A stretch of 63,916 nt of DNA, the filler included, from Porpidia crustulata (Eukaryota): assembly GCA_964255105.1 (NCBI GenBank). It is 3 parts of 3 records of this genome, joined end to end, with 100 filler letters (N's around TTAATTAATTAA, not from the genome) between each part and the next. Parts side by side here need not be neighbours in the genome. Positions count along the whole stretch, not along the records: positions 21,417 to 42,677 come from CAXUWE010000106.1; positions 42,778 to 63,916 come from CAXUWE010000108.1; 1 more part is not named here. One strand, 5' to 3'. The translations under genes were made by a program, and so were the position numbers. A model generated the notes under the pieces. The model did not search any database. It was not told the DNA's origin and worked only from the letters and a program-made list of their open reading frames with translations. Below are positions 37,883 through 51,347 of the stretch, one piece after another (positions within the stretch are counted from its first letter, which is position 1; every line of letters starts with the position of its first letter).

Positions 37883-39482
37883 TCCGATGTCTTGATCCTT
37901 GCTGTGCTGGGCTTTTGGGACGCTCGATCGATTACCGCGCTCGCTGGCTGTAGAGGTGATTTCAATATGTTCGACTTAGCATGGCGTAGGATGTGAGGAG
38001 AATTAGACAGTATAGAGATTCGGAACCAAGAACAAATGATGGTGCTGGTGCTCATTGATGATGGTGTCTCGTACTTGAAGGGTCATTTATTCAGATGCCA
38101 ATATGGTTATGGAGTGCATCTACATTCTCATGGCTAATAAAAATTACCCCCAACCCTCCCCTCCGGATTTTACACTCTTTCACCTCGCGATTCTCTCATG
38201 ACAGGCAGCAAAGCAAGCACCACCATCCTCCGCCTCGGCCATCTCTCCTTCGCTCCCCTACTGTCACAAACTCCGACAGCCTAATCTCCTCAATCCTTAC
38301 CAACCTGAACGCTATGACCCTCATCCCAACAATCTAGCCCATACATCCCACATTTCAGCTACCTACAGGATCAGTATCCTGATTAGCAGTCTCAATCTTT
38401 AAGCACAGTGTAGCGGATCGGTTGGTGGGTTGGACGCTCGGGTGTTTGGTGTTGGGAGTGATGGGTGGTCGGAGGTGCTAGATCTATCGTTGGTGTCGTC
38501 TTTAAAGCAATTCTCGGTTTGGTTTAGTATCCTTCGCCGGAGCTCAGCAGCATCTTCACTATGAGTAGATGGGGTGCTGATGTTAAGAGATGATAGAGAA
38601 TGGCAATAATTAGGTCAAAGAGCAAGAGAGGTATAAGATCCCTGCTTGCTGTAGAATATGACGGGTTCGCAAGCTGGAATATAGATAGCTTGAACGCAAG
38701 TTTCGTTCGGAGCTACTCGCTCCACCCAGAGGGTAGCTAGCAGCGAAAGAACATTGGTTACTATGAGAAGCAAGGCTGGCTGTAGTGTAGTCATAATCTT
38801 TTTCGCACCAAGAACTGGCTTTCTCTTTTACCTAGAAGTGGAGTAGGCATTCCCCAAGTGACACACAATATCGCCAGATCTCCATGCAAACGTTTCACGT
38901 ACATGCCTCAACATTTCCAAACACTGTCTTGCGTACCGCGATATCCCATGTCTTCGAGAGAAAAATATCTTAATCGTCCTTGCAAGTACATGCACTTGCC
39001 ATCTACATTACAAAGATTGGAATTGTAGACACGTTCGAATTGAGATGATGCGAGACAAGAGTGTACGAGATGTTATTCTCGCAACGTGGGTACTCAAGTA
39101 TTGAGTACGTGTTGGCAGATGTGAACGAGGGGTTATATTGGTGAGTTGGCTACTAGCACATAGACGAATAAGACCGGGCATAGAGTAAGGAAACTTCAAT
39201 GGACTGAGAGCGATGAATGCCATCTATATTAGCTCGCCCATCATAGCAGTAAGTAAAGGATTTTCTGCTTTTCTACACTCAACGTTTAGGAACTTAGGTT
39301 GTCAAGTTGTTTAACATATTGACGCCTGGCGTTCCTGAAGGTAACGCGGTAACAACTAGCGCGGTGCGTAATATAAATCAGTAAGGACTGGATACGTCGA
39401 CATTCATGGAGCACCCAAAGCAAATAATCCTTTGCCTCTTCTCATGGTCTGACTTCCTGCCCATTGCCTGTTGCTCATTTAA

Positions 39483-41601
39483 ATGGCCGAAGAACGCGTT
39501 TTCTCTGCAGTGTTCCCTGTGGCAGTGGGTCACAAAGTCTCCACTCCTAAGTCACGAAAGTCTCCTATGCCGGATAACCAAGAATTCGATACTGAGACCT
39601 TTCTAAAAAAACAAGCCTTGTTTATTCTAGGGCTGGAGGAGCGAAGAGAAGCAGATGTATCCGCATCTGTCGCCGAGGCGCGGCGAAGAACTCAAAACGT
39701 GATGAGGAGCCTACAAGACATGGGGCTTGGCGGCCACAGAGTTCAGCGTTTATTTGCTGAAGTCATGAGCGAGATGCTCACAGAATATGTCAATAAGACT
39801 TATGCTGGACAGTGGTCGTCACCGTCGACTGTCACTGAGCAGCTACGGGATTGGGTAGAGAACCACTTTGCCCGTTTCGTTGTAGAAGTCCTCTCATGCT
39901 TGAGGGAGAATCCCTCTGATGCTCGAGCTGCTCAATACACAAAAGTGACACTTGCAGATGTTGAGAGGTGGCAAGAGATGGGAGTCAATAGGCTGGGGGT
40001 GCTACGGACAAAAGAGCTGTTTGACATTGTTGTGGATTGGGATAATGGTAGTAGAGGTGCGGTTGAGGACTTGAAGCGTTATGTGACAACCACTGCGGCA
40101 AGATCTTCTCTCACTAGTTCATTCTCAAATGTACTATCACATCGTCTCCTTCAACCCGGGGCGTCTACTACTGAGATACTTCAATTTTACATCTCTGTAA
40201 TCCGTACTTTTGCTGTGCTAGACCCAAAAGGTGTCCTCCTTGATCTTGTGGCTCGACCAATCCGACGCTATCTTCGAGAGCGAGACGACACTGTCAATAT
40301 AGTTGTCGGTGGCCTTTTGGCTGACCCGGAAGATGAATCCAGTGCAGCCGACGTATTGTTTGAATTGGCAGTGGAAATGCACAAAATTACAGGCCTCGCT
40401 GGAGAAGATGATATGGATGATGGAGATCTTGACTGGGACGATATGTCTTGGACGCCAGATCCTGTAGATGCTGGACCAGGTATAGATACCCCTGGCTTGG
40501 AGATTACTTTCTGACAGCCCCAACAGACTACAAGAAGTCAAAAAAGTTTGACGTAATCGGCTCACTTGTCAGCCTTTTCGACTCCCGAGACGTATTTGTC
40601 AAAGAATTCCAAAAGACTTTAGGCGAGCGGCTACTGAAAAAGGAATACGATTTCGATAAAGAGGTGAGGTTTTTCTCGTCTCCGAGATAGTTCGAAGACT
40701 GACTCAACGCATATAGATTCGGGTTCTTGAGCTCCTCAAGCTACGATTTGGTGAAGCAGCACTCCAGGCATGCGAGGTCATGTTGCGGGATATCCTTGAC
40801 TCTCGTCGTGTCGACCAAGTCATTCGCAACGACCAAAAACTCGTTTCGGAAGCAGAATCTCAGCTCACTCCCGAGATACACACAAAAATACTGTCTCACT
40901 TATTCTGGCCTTCTTTGCACGTCGAGACTTTCTTCATCCCGCCAGAGGTTCTTTCTCTTCAAAACCGATATTCCAGAGGTTTTGAAATTCTCAAACAATC
41001 TCGAAGACTGACTTGGCTTCAGGCCCTTGGCCAAGTGACTGTTGACATTGACTTGGAAGATCGCACAATCACCGAAGAAGTACAGACCTGGCAAGCGAGT
41101 GTCATATACGCCTTCCAGCAGCCCGAAGGTGATGCATCAAACTCAGTAGTAAGGACTGTAAAGGAATTGATGGAAGAGCTCACGATGAGCGAGTCTTTGG
41201 TGCGCAACGCCGTTACCTTCTGGGTCGGTAAGCTTGTCCTTGAAGAGCTTGCATCAGATACCTATCGCGTGCTCGAGACGCTCTCAGGATCCGAAATAGG
41301 ACGTGATGGCACTGCTCAAGTAGCAATCGCTGCAGCTGCTGAAGCCGTTACATCTGCAGCTGCACCAGCAATACGGACCGAAGAAGTCGCGGAAGAGAGA
41401 ATGGAGGTGTACTGGCAATACGTGACGGGTATGCTAACAAATCAAGGTCCCATGCCTTTACAGACCATTGTTATGATGCTGAAAATGCTGGTTGAGGGAG
41501 GGTATCCATTCAAGAACGAAGAGTTAAAAGACTTTCTCGATCGAAGGGTTCAGGAGGGAAAGCTGGACTTTGTTGGCGGTAACTACAAGATCAAGCATTG
41601 A
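39483..41601 (+). CDS. APC2: Anaphase-promoting complex subunit 2 (cullin-like), 3 exons (39483-40479, 40527-40663, 40717-41601)
   Basis: LFDIVVDW, RLLQPGASTTEIL, LDPKGVLL..PIRRYLRERDDTV, WTPDPVDAGP, FVKEFQKTLGERLL, LELLKLRFGE..CEVMLRDILDSRR, ILSHLFWP; C-terminal WHB (GMLTNQGPMPL). Confidence 0.95.
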
Positions 41602-42186
41602 AACATTGCTATGGAATCTCAGCTTGGCAGAACCTAATGGCGCTACCTGTTTTCTGTAGACGCAACCGAAGCTCAACATAAATTGTCCAAAAAAGAACGA
41701 GATAGTACGAAACTTGCTCTATCTCGTTCAGTCAAGTTCAAGACAGACTTCAGGTAGAAGCATACTCGAAGTCTCAACGATCAACTTATTCCATATATAA
41801 AGGTTTTTGAGAGATTGAGATGCAGCGAGATGAACGAATAAAAATCCGGAAACAAATCGGGCGAATCAATGTGGCATCAGAGATGAAACAGGAACTGGTC
41901 ATCCATCTTGCCAAAGGGGGATCTTGCCATACGCATGCTCATGTCGATCACCATCTTCCCACCGAGTCACGATAGGTTTTCCAAAAAGAGCAAGCAAACC
42001 TAAAACATGAAGATCTTGAGAGGTATGAATGACAGTAAGAACCCTCAGGCAGGATGGAGAAAGTCCCCATGTGCAAAGGAGACCAAAAAAAGGGGGATGT
42101 ATTTTCGTGCGTATCTTCAAATAGAATATTCTCAGCCCACGACTGCCAGGCCGGGCGGTTCAAAATCCCATAGTGAGGAAGGATTA

Positions 42187-42296
42187 CTCGTATACACCCC
42201 CAGTTCGGTCACTGCATAAAGGATTAGGGTTTCTTGATCGATTTTGAATTGGCATGACCGAACTAAGGGTGTGACCGAACTAGGGGTGTATACGGG
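42187..42296. mobile_element. 110-bp MITE, Tc1/mariner/pogo type (26-bp TIRs, TA target-site duplication)
   Basis: Left TIR CTCGTATACACCCCCAGTTCGGTCAC (42187-42212) versus right TIR GTGACCGAACTAGGGGTGTATACGGG (42271-42296), with 2 transition mismatches. TA flanks at 42185-86 and 42297-98. An extra subterminal copy TGACCGAACTAAGGGTGT lies at 42255-42272. Confidence 0.8.
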
Positions 42297-42677
42297 TAAG
42301 GCTAGTAGGAGAACGGCTGATAGGACGAGAATCGGTACATACACTTATCAAAATGATACCACATTTTGAACAAAAACATCTCCAGTGCAAATACAAATTC
42401 CATACACAATCGCTTTTGACAGTTCGCCGTATCCATTGCCTCCACTAGCCTCTCCTAGTACCTCCATCCGCGCTTTATTCATACTCCTGCCGACTCCCCT
42501 TCATCCCCTACTTCCCTGGTTATTCCAACCGGTTGAACCGCACTTTCCACATCCTCGAGCAAAACCCCAGTAAAGTTTTTCCCTAGTCGTCCAGCTGCGT
42601 GCATTTTTATTTATCCCCTTTCCGTATCCTCTTATTCGAAACCTGTTCCCTTTTATGCCTGAACCTCCGCCCATCAC

Positions 42678-42777
42678 NNNNNNNNNNNNNNNNNNNNNNN
42701 NNNNNNNNNNNNNNNNNNNNNTTAATTAATTAANNNNNNNNNNNNNNNNNNNNNNNNNNNNNNNNNNNNNNNNNNNN
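42678..42777. other. Artificial contig linker (44 N + TTAATTAATTAA + 44 N)
   Basis: Identical to the linker at 21317-21416. Confidence 0.98.
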
Positions 42778-43532
42778 CCACGTGCCAATCGCCACACCCA
42801 ACCACGATCCCGTTCCCATCCGCACCAAAGAGATCCTGCTCGAAAAAATCCCGACACACACAATCACCCGAAAGATATCCGATCTCACGCATGCAACGCG
42901 AAGCGTCTAGCCAGTTCGTTTATCTGCATGCGCCTACCCATCCCGTCAAGTCGTTTGCATCATCGGGTTTTGGGAGGCCGAGCCTTCTCGGTTAAATTTT
43001 TAACATGTGTATGAGGGAACGAGGAATGCGCGAGGAATGCGTTATATGTTGGTCGAGAGAATCAATTCCTCGCCTGCAGGTGGTAAACAGCGGGTTTGAT
43101 ATGAATACCAGAAATGACAAACCGAACAAAAATGTGAACGTGTCGGACTTATAGTTCAGGGTACCGATATGTGCTTTTTGCCCCCTTCTATCCAAAACTA
43201 TTAGATACAGAGGTTCCTTATCCAAGCGTGTGCGTTGCCCTTTTCATCCGTGACGTGTGTGCTTTCCCCCCTCACCGCTCGCTCGCTCCCGACCATACTG
43301 TAGGACTCACTGTGGCCAAGTTCCCCATATACAAAGTCCCCTCTTCATCTTCCCCTTGTGGCCCCAAGCCCTCGTGGATGGTGTATGTCCCCGCTCGCCC
43401 TTGTTCGCAGAAATCATTACAGCCCCCTTGTTCATCTCTTCCCAAGCCAAAAACGCCTTTTGTACACAATAACCTCTGCAAAAACGTAGATGGCATCTGT
43501 ATATCGCCACGCGCAGTTAAAGAAAGAACATC

Positions 43533-46097
43533 TCAGTCCCGATTTATGACTCGCAAGCTCCTCCGCGGGTTCAGCAGGACCCCGACAAACGTCGGCTCCG
43601 CACCCCGCATCAGATCCTCGCTACTACTGTTCGCCGTGCTGTTACCCCCCACCGGCGGGTGCACGGACCCAGGCATCGGTGGCACGCTGCTGAACCCGCT
43701 TGTGCCTGTCCCGCTGCCGGTGCCGGCTTTGCTGCTCGCCCCGCCCACGCGGCTGCTCTGGTCCGTCGACGTCTTGGCCAGGCCGTCGGCGCCAAGGAAG
43801 GCGGATTTTTCGCCGGGTCCGCCGGCGGCCGCGCGCTGAGACATGGCAACGTGGTTTTTGTAGAGGGTCAGTTGGCGGCGGTAGACCCATGCGCAGAAAC
43901 CGAGGTAGGCGGCTAGAACGGCGAAGCAGCCGGCGACGACACCTGCGACGATCGCGGCGATGTTGGGACCGTGGCTACCGTTGTTGCCGGAGCCGAACGT
44001 GCCGGAGGTGCCGGTCTCCGTGACGGTGGCGCCGTTGGGGCCGGTGACGGTGTAGGTGACTGGTTTGCCCGTTGCCAAGGGGCCAGCGGTGGCGGCCTGG
44101 GCTGGGGCAGTGATGGTCGCACCGCCTGCGCCGTGGCCTCCGATGATGGCCTGGACAGCGGCGGGGACTTGATAGCCGTAAGAGCCGGAAAGGGCCGCAG
44201 TATCATTCACTTGAGAGAGCTGCTGGTTTTGGGGATTGAATGGTGACCCATTACCTGGCGCGCCATTAGAGCTTCCTCCCGCCCCTCCACTGGTGGAACC
44301 TGTTCCGGGCCCACCAGGCCCGGACGGACCACCCAAGGAAGCAAAGTTGTTCTGCCACGTCAGGTTGGAAGCGGAGAAGACGTAGAAGCCGCTGTCGCAA
44401 CTTAGATCCGCACCGGTAAAGCCGCCTATCACTACAATTTGACCGTTCCAGATGCTACACGAGTGGCCCACTCGGCCATGGGGTACCGATTGATTGGTCG
44501 TGTTCACCTGGATCCAAGTGAAACTGGGAACGGTCAATATCCACATGTCGTCATACTGGGTTTGGTTATCTGAGGGCATCAAGTTCTGTCCTCCATAGAG
44601 ATAGATGTTCGTGCTGGAGCCATCTGGTGCAGACGCAGCTACCGTACATGGGTTCACACGAATCTTCGGGTATTCACCACTCGTTGCTTGTGTGTACCAG
44701 GTCGAGGTAGCGATATCATAGACATCGACAATGTTCATCTGCGTCTGCACAGGGTTTCAATCAGCAGCCATTCATTGATGCGCCGTAGATAAGTCACTCA
44801 CGAAAGATACGTTGGTCCCGCCCGCAAGACTCAGAAGGATTCCCTTGGCACCATATCCCGGGACATATGTGAGAGCACCGTCTGCTCTGCTTGGAAAGGC
44901 ATGGGAATCCTGGATCCCGCCCTGTGTGATGTTTCGCCATACACCGTCCTGGCCGGCGGTCTTACTACCGCCTAAGCTTTGCACGCCATCGTTGGTGGAC
45001 CCTGGGAACGTATACTCGATCATGGATTTCAAGTAAAGCCGGAAAATCTGGTTTGACCACCCGAGGGTAGTATGTTCGTCTAGATGGCCACCAAAGAACC
45101 AACCCTTGCCTAATTGAGGTACACTGATACCGGCGCCTTCAGCTGCCCCTTGTACCGGCTGATCTCCGGGATCACTATTGTTGCCTGAAGACGTCTTCGG
45201 GTTGCTGTGCTGGGTCCATGAGGAGCTTGCAATGTCGTACTGCCATAATGAATAAGGAACAGGAGGTACGTTTGGTTTGTCGGAGAACTCCCCACCATAC
45301 AAATACAGTGAATTGTATGAGTTCCACAGCTGGCCATTGGATACCGCAGGTGGGCCAGACGGTTGCGGAAGACCTTTGATAGGTGGAGACGTGATGTTCC
45401 AGTCTTTAGTCAGGTCAACGGAGAGAAAGTCATTATTCCATGTATTGAAGGCTTGACCCGAAGTATTTGAGGCGTGGCCACCATAGATATATATAGTGCC
45501 ATTGACAATGGCCGCCTGATGGCTCCAGCGACTACAGACGTCTGTGGGACTGTTGTCTCGCTTCACTATCTCCCCTTCAATGGCCACCAGCTGTTCTGTA
45601 TCGGCTGTTCTGATTACTCCTGCTTTTACCATAAGAATGCTTGGTCCTGCCTTGCCTAAGATTGATGTATTGTGAAGGAGTGGTAGAGCTATGACGACAA
45701 TCAACGCCAGCATTAAGAGTCGGTAAGCGGTTGATAAGGTTTTCGGGGGATGCGCCAGATCGGTATCGTACAGTCGTGGGATTTCATCTCTCATAGCTGG
45801 TGAATGCGGCCGTTCAGACATAAATTGATCGCTTTGCGATGGTTGTTGCTGCGCCCCTGGCGTTTTCCTTAAGCGATCTCGTAGCATCTCAATATCCAAG
45901 AACTCGTCAACGTCAAGCTCCGTAAAAGCGGACTTCCTCGGATGTCGAGTATGGATTGATGGTTGTGTTGCGGTTGCAAGATGGGGAGGATTTCTAGGTG
46001 AAGAGTCTAATGGTGCGCGTCCTATCGTCGCCTCCAGTTTTCGGTCTGATTGTGGCATTCTCTGCCCGGCAGTTGGATCAAACGCGGCCGAGGCCAT
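43533..46097 (-). CDS. Kelch/galactose-oxidase-like beta-propeller membrane protein (cell-surface type), 2 exons
   Basis: Kelch repeats TIYIYGG, LYLYGGEF, WFFGGHLD, IYLYGGQ, VVIGG. N-terminal hydrophobic anchor followed by KR. C-terminal TM IAAIVAGVVAGCFAVLAAYLGFCAWVYRR. Tail PTFVGVLLNPRRSLRVINRD*. Confidence 0.85.
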
Positions 46098-47440
46098 GAT
46101 ATGACAACTATGGCTTCAACTACAAGCGCTGCTGTCAGTATTTGATATTCTCGCTCTGTCCATATGTTGCGGTGATGAGGAGTAGATTCTATTTGCAGAT
46201 TGACCAAATTACATTTAGTGACATCAAGCCAAGAGCGCGGTACGAGTACTATTATCATTCATCCAGGCCTTACTAGGCTCTCCACACAACACGATACCAG
46301 TATGGATCAACAGTCATAGTCGTAGGGGAAAGCACTGCAGCGACCCAAGAAGCGAAGAGGTCAATCATTACCCCTTGTGGGATAAGTGGCCAAACTCCCA
46401 ACATGAAGGACCTCCACCGCTTAACCAATCAAGACCCGCCCAGACATGACGTCTTGCCTCCCAGTCTCCAGAAACACAATCTCGATCGAAAACAACCAAT
46501 CAACCTCAGGTTGTCCCGTCTCTTTCTGTCCTGAAAATCCGGATTCTCGACGTGTCAATCCGCAGATGGCGCTTTTTAGGGGCAACCGCCTGCCTACCGT
46601 CAACCTTAATTAACCCTAAGCTCTCTGGGCTCGCGACATTTCCTGGGTCGGTCAAGGGAATCGCAGCCAGGGTCGTACCTCGAGGCTTTCGAACTGATCA
46701 GGAACGGGTATGGAAGCATCAGATCTTCAGACTGCGGGTTGAATCGAAAGCTCAAAGGCCAAAGCGTTCTTCGTGCGCTCCACGTTCGCAATGTCCCAAC
46801 TGTCCCAGTGCAATCTTGACATCCACTTTCCCATCTAGCTCTGGTCCGTCATGGTCCCCCTGCCCATTCGGGCGTTTGTTTCACTCCTCTCATCTCCCTT
46901 AGCTATACCCCAAGTCAATTTGCTAATCAGAACTTCCATTTATCAATTGGCTCGCAATACAAGCTTACCATGGTCATGCTAAATTATTTCGTTTTTTCTA
47001 CATAGCGACTCATGGGACAACTTTTGCGCTTGTTTTCGGTGGCACAGGCTTGACACAGCGCTATATTATGAGTGAGTTGGGTGGCTTTCAGCATCTACGT
47101 TGTGCATGCCCATGGAAGATACGAGCATAGAATGCGAAGGGTGGAAGGTTTGATGTAGCTATTTGACCAAGTCGAATGTGATAAAATCTCATGGTAGTAG
47201 CACATGAGTCGTTTACCGTAACCCCAGTACCGTTCGTGATAGCAATCTATAAGCCGCAGGGGTTTTAAATTTGATTCTTCATGCTCTAGCACTGTCTGTT
47301 TACTCAGTCACTCATATAGAATGATAGCTTCTGTAGACGACCTTTGGGATCGAGACTTTGTGTCCTTCCCAATTAGCTCTGGAGACCCCGTTTAGGCTCT
47401 TCTTCGCTTCCCCTGCCATACAAATCTGCAGCAACTCCGA

Positions 47441-50400
47441 TCATGATCCAGAAACAAACAACCTGATACCACTTGCAGGAGCGCCGATCTCGCAAACCTC
47501 GCAAACCCGACAAACTTTTCCTTTGTACTGCGGGTGATGTTTCGACCCATCAAAAGGACAAGCGGCGCTGGGCGAGCCGCTGTAAATCGGGGTATACGAA
47601 GAAGCACAAACGTCAAACTCCGCAAATTGGTCAAATTCAATATCGATCTTGTCCTGCGGGCTTCGCTCGCACGTTGCTTTGATCTTTTTGGCTTGATCGA
47701 GCAGTTTTGCGGATCCTCCATTGGCAAGCATACGGTTGGCGAAGCTGAGGGCTGAAGAGTAGTTTTTGTTTTGGAATGCGAGCTTCATAGCAGCCATGAG
47801 TGCCAGTTGTCGATGAGCGACCTCGAGTTTTGGTATGGTGAAGTAGGCAGAAAGCTGGAGGCTGCGCTTCAGGTTTGCCTCTCCATCGGCAGGGAGGGAT
47901 CTCCGGTCCAGCTCAAGCGCCATTGCTGTTGCGTACTCCGATGCAGTAGATATTATCTTCTTCGCCTCGCCCACTTGTTGCTGAGTCGACACTGCGTTGA
48001 CTAGGAGGGTGTGCAGGATTCGCTTGCAAATCTTTAGACCATCTTCTAGTTTATTTGACCTCATGGCACTGTATGCTTCTTGGAGGTCAACACTAGCAAC
48101 AGTTTCAAGGTCCCTTGGTATTATTGGAAGTACCTTGCGGGAGTCTGTCTCCTCTATTGTTCTCCGCACATAATTGATCAAAGGAGGCAATCCTGCGCTC
48201 GCTGGTAGATATGTCTTGGTAGCTTGATAGATCTCGAGAAAGCGAGGTTTCAGAGGTGTAAATGCTACAGCTCCAACTTGCCGGTTGAGAAGTTGCATCG
48301 CTGTCTCGAATGATCCTCCGGCAACATGATCTGCGGCAAGGGGCGAATTTCGAGCCCACATTTCGGCATCACTACTGCCAGCTCCAGCTTCTGAGCTGTC
48401 GACGTTGACGAAGTCAGATTCTGTCTCTACATTAAGATCTTCTCCGATATCCCATCCGGCTGCATCCTCTTCTTCATCCTCTCCAAGCTGGCCGTCGCGA
48501 GCTACTGCATCCTCTTCGGCAACTTCATCATGATCATATCCATTGGAAGTCGGTGCTTCGTCGTCGACAGGCCCAGCCTCCCCAAGGAGTGCCTTCTCGA
48601 AAAACGAGTGCGAAGCTGCCTTTACTGGCCAATTTGTCTTGTACGTAGGCACAATAATTTTCGGCGGCTGCAAAGGTTGGCCTATAATGGGCAGTTTCAT
48701 TTGTTCTTCGGTCATACCGCTAGCCTCAAGTATTGCTTCGCACTGTTCGTCAAGTCCGTGTGATTTTGCAGTCACATAGGCAAGAGGATCTGTCATGATC
48801 AGCAATAGCTCCAAGTCAATTGTTCGCATGACATTGCTCACAAAGATCGATTTCCTGGAACATCTGGATCCGATTCTGGACGTCTCCCATGTACAAAGCA
48901 TTTTGGAAACGTGACGTAAAGTCTCCTCGATGCTCTGCAATTTTTGCCATCCGTGCAAGCTTTTCTTCATCACCAGTGGCCAGGTAGAGAAACGATAATT
49001 TATCAAAGTTGCGGAGTTTCTGGTACGTCATTTCAACTATTTGATGGTTGCCATGAGAGAGCGCCTCTGTACCAAGACGGCTCCAAAGTTTTGGCCTATC
49101 CAGTTGCTTGGCCATCTCTACGGCGACATCAAGATTACCGCATTCGATCGCAAGCTCGAATCGAGTCTGAGGGTCCTGCACAAATTGTAGGGCAATCTCG
49201 GGATAGCCTTTCTTCTGTAGATACGAGATAATGCTTTGTCCCACAAGACTTGATGTTTTGATGATTTGCAACATTTCTTCATAGTTCCTTTTGACAAGTG
49301 CAAGCTTGAAGCGATATTCTGTGGGGTCAACGTCAAGAACCTTGGGCTTGGATGCTCGGTCTAAGCAATAAATGCTGCGAGCCTTGACACGGACTAGATA
49401 GACGGTTTGATCGAGGGTCCTAACAATGCCATTGTCACCGTTCAGTAGAGTGTACTTGATATGATTCAGAGTAGAGTAGAGGAGGACGCCTGCGTCATCC
49501 CATGCGGCAGACTTGATTCGGATCGTCTCATGAAGCGTGCTGACCTGCTCTAGAGACTTCGTGACAATCGTGACGTTATGTTTGCTAAGCAAAGCCGCGT
49601 AGAGCCCATCGCCGGACCAGACAACGTATTTGACCCCAGTGACAGCCAATTCGGCAATTTGCTTCTTCTGTTGTATGTCATAAAGTGCTACAATCGTGGG
49701 AGTGATCAAGAGAATAGAGCCAGCGCCACCGAAGTAAATGTCGGTAGTCCCTGGAGGAGGTTTGATTGTTTTTGTGGTCGAATTACTCAAGTCTTTGATG
49801 TCAATTTGCTGCGTGGGCTGAGTGAAAACTGCAAAACGATTCCGAGCAATGAAGATAGCAGAATTACCTTGACCCTTTTTTACATCTGTCGGCTCAACCG
49901 CTCCAGATGCATCTCGAGGTAAATTAACTAATTCATATTTACCGTTCTCTGCGGGCGAGGTGACAAGAATTGCCCGTTCGGCAGGGTTGTACGAGAGTGT
50001 TCGTGGGGGTAGCCACGGGCTACCCAGCTTTTTGAGAGACAACATTGAGGGAGACTCAATATTCTTAGAGAAATCATATGAGCGGACGTTCTTCTCCTTC
50101 GTAATATAGAACAGATGCTGTTGGTAAATCGCAGAGGCGGGTCGCTCTCTTTCGAGCTTGAAAACCATCACTCCGTTGTCGTGCCCTGCTGCAAAAAGAT
50201 TGATCTCTGGGTGAGCCGCAATAACCCAGAATCTGTCACTCTCTCGCTTGAATGACTGGACCGAGGTACGCTTGTTCAGATCCCAAACTCGGATAGTCTT
50301 ATCTTCGCCAACAGACAATATCAAGTCTTGGTGAGGGTGGAAGAGGCAGGCCGAACAGTTTTGGAAGTGACCACGACACGTATCAACCTCCCAAGCCTTG

Positions 50401-51347
50401 GTTTCTGTCCGAAACTCAGCGACTTAAAAGACCGAATTTGTGAGAACACGTACCACTCATCCTCCATAGTTTCACAAGTCTATCATCGCCTGCTGATACG
50501 ATCAAGGGTAGAGTAGGGTGGAAGGCGACCCAATTCACACCGCGGTCATGGCCTTCAAGTACGAACTTCACCACTGCGTCTGTGTTCCCAAACATGTCGG
50601 CCTGGTTTGAGTTGGCACGAGACATTTGGTCCTCGAAGGTCATAGAGGTAGGGGCCGAATGTTTTTTCCTAAGCCCTGATATATCCCAGACCCGGACAGA
50701 CTGGTCTAGTGATGCGGAAACAATTAGATCGTCTTTCGGGTGGAACTGCGCGCACATGGTATAGTGGTTATGGCCTGTCATTGTACATACTATTATAGCA
50801 AGATTAGTTTCGGCAACCTGGTAGTCTTTCATGAGTACTGACTGAGAGATCGATTTTGCCAATTCCAGATCCTGATCGTCTGGTCGTCCGAGCTTGATAA
50901 TATCCATGGAAGCTCGTGATGAAAGAAGACTGTTCGGACGTAGTCTAGATGGCCGTTCAGAGTAAAGAGACACCTCCGACTCTGATACGACCAGACCTTG
51001 ATCTTGTAGTCATCCCCCCCAGATACAAATAACGGTTGCGTTTTGTGAAAATTAATACCCCGGACTGGACCATCATGCTCTTCGAATCGGTCGATCAAGG
51101 TTCCCATACGGTAGTCCCATAGCTGAATTGTGGAAGAGTGAAGGGAGACAAGAATCCATGGTCTAGACACTGTCAGCGCACTGCGCTGCTTCTTTGGGGT
51201 GGTCTGGCCGCTGACCTCTTCGGGTGGAATGCTATACCCTTCGCCCTCGACGATTTGGACTCAAACTAGACCCACTGATTAGATGCTGCGCGAATCGAGT
51301 GGGGAAAGGGTTCTCGCCTTGGTCAGCATATTTGGTGAGGACTGCAT
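47441..51347 (-). CDS. COP1: Coatomer subunit alpha (alpha-COP), 6 exons
   Basis: [64 protein letters not shown]40 repeats; [19 protein letters not shown]-terminal [13 protein letters not shown]. Confidence 0.97.
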
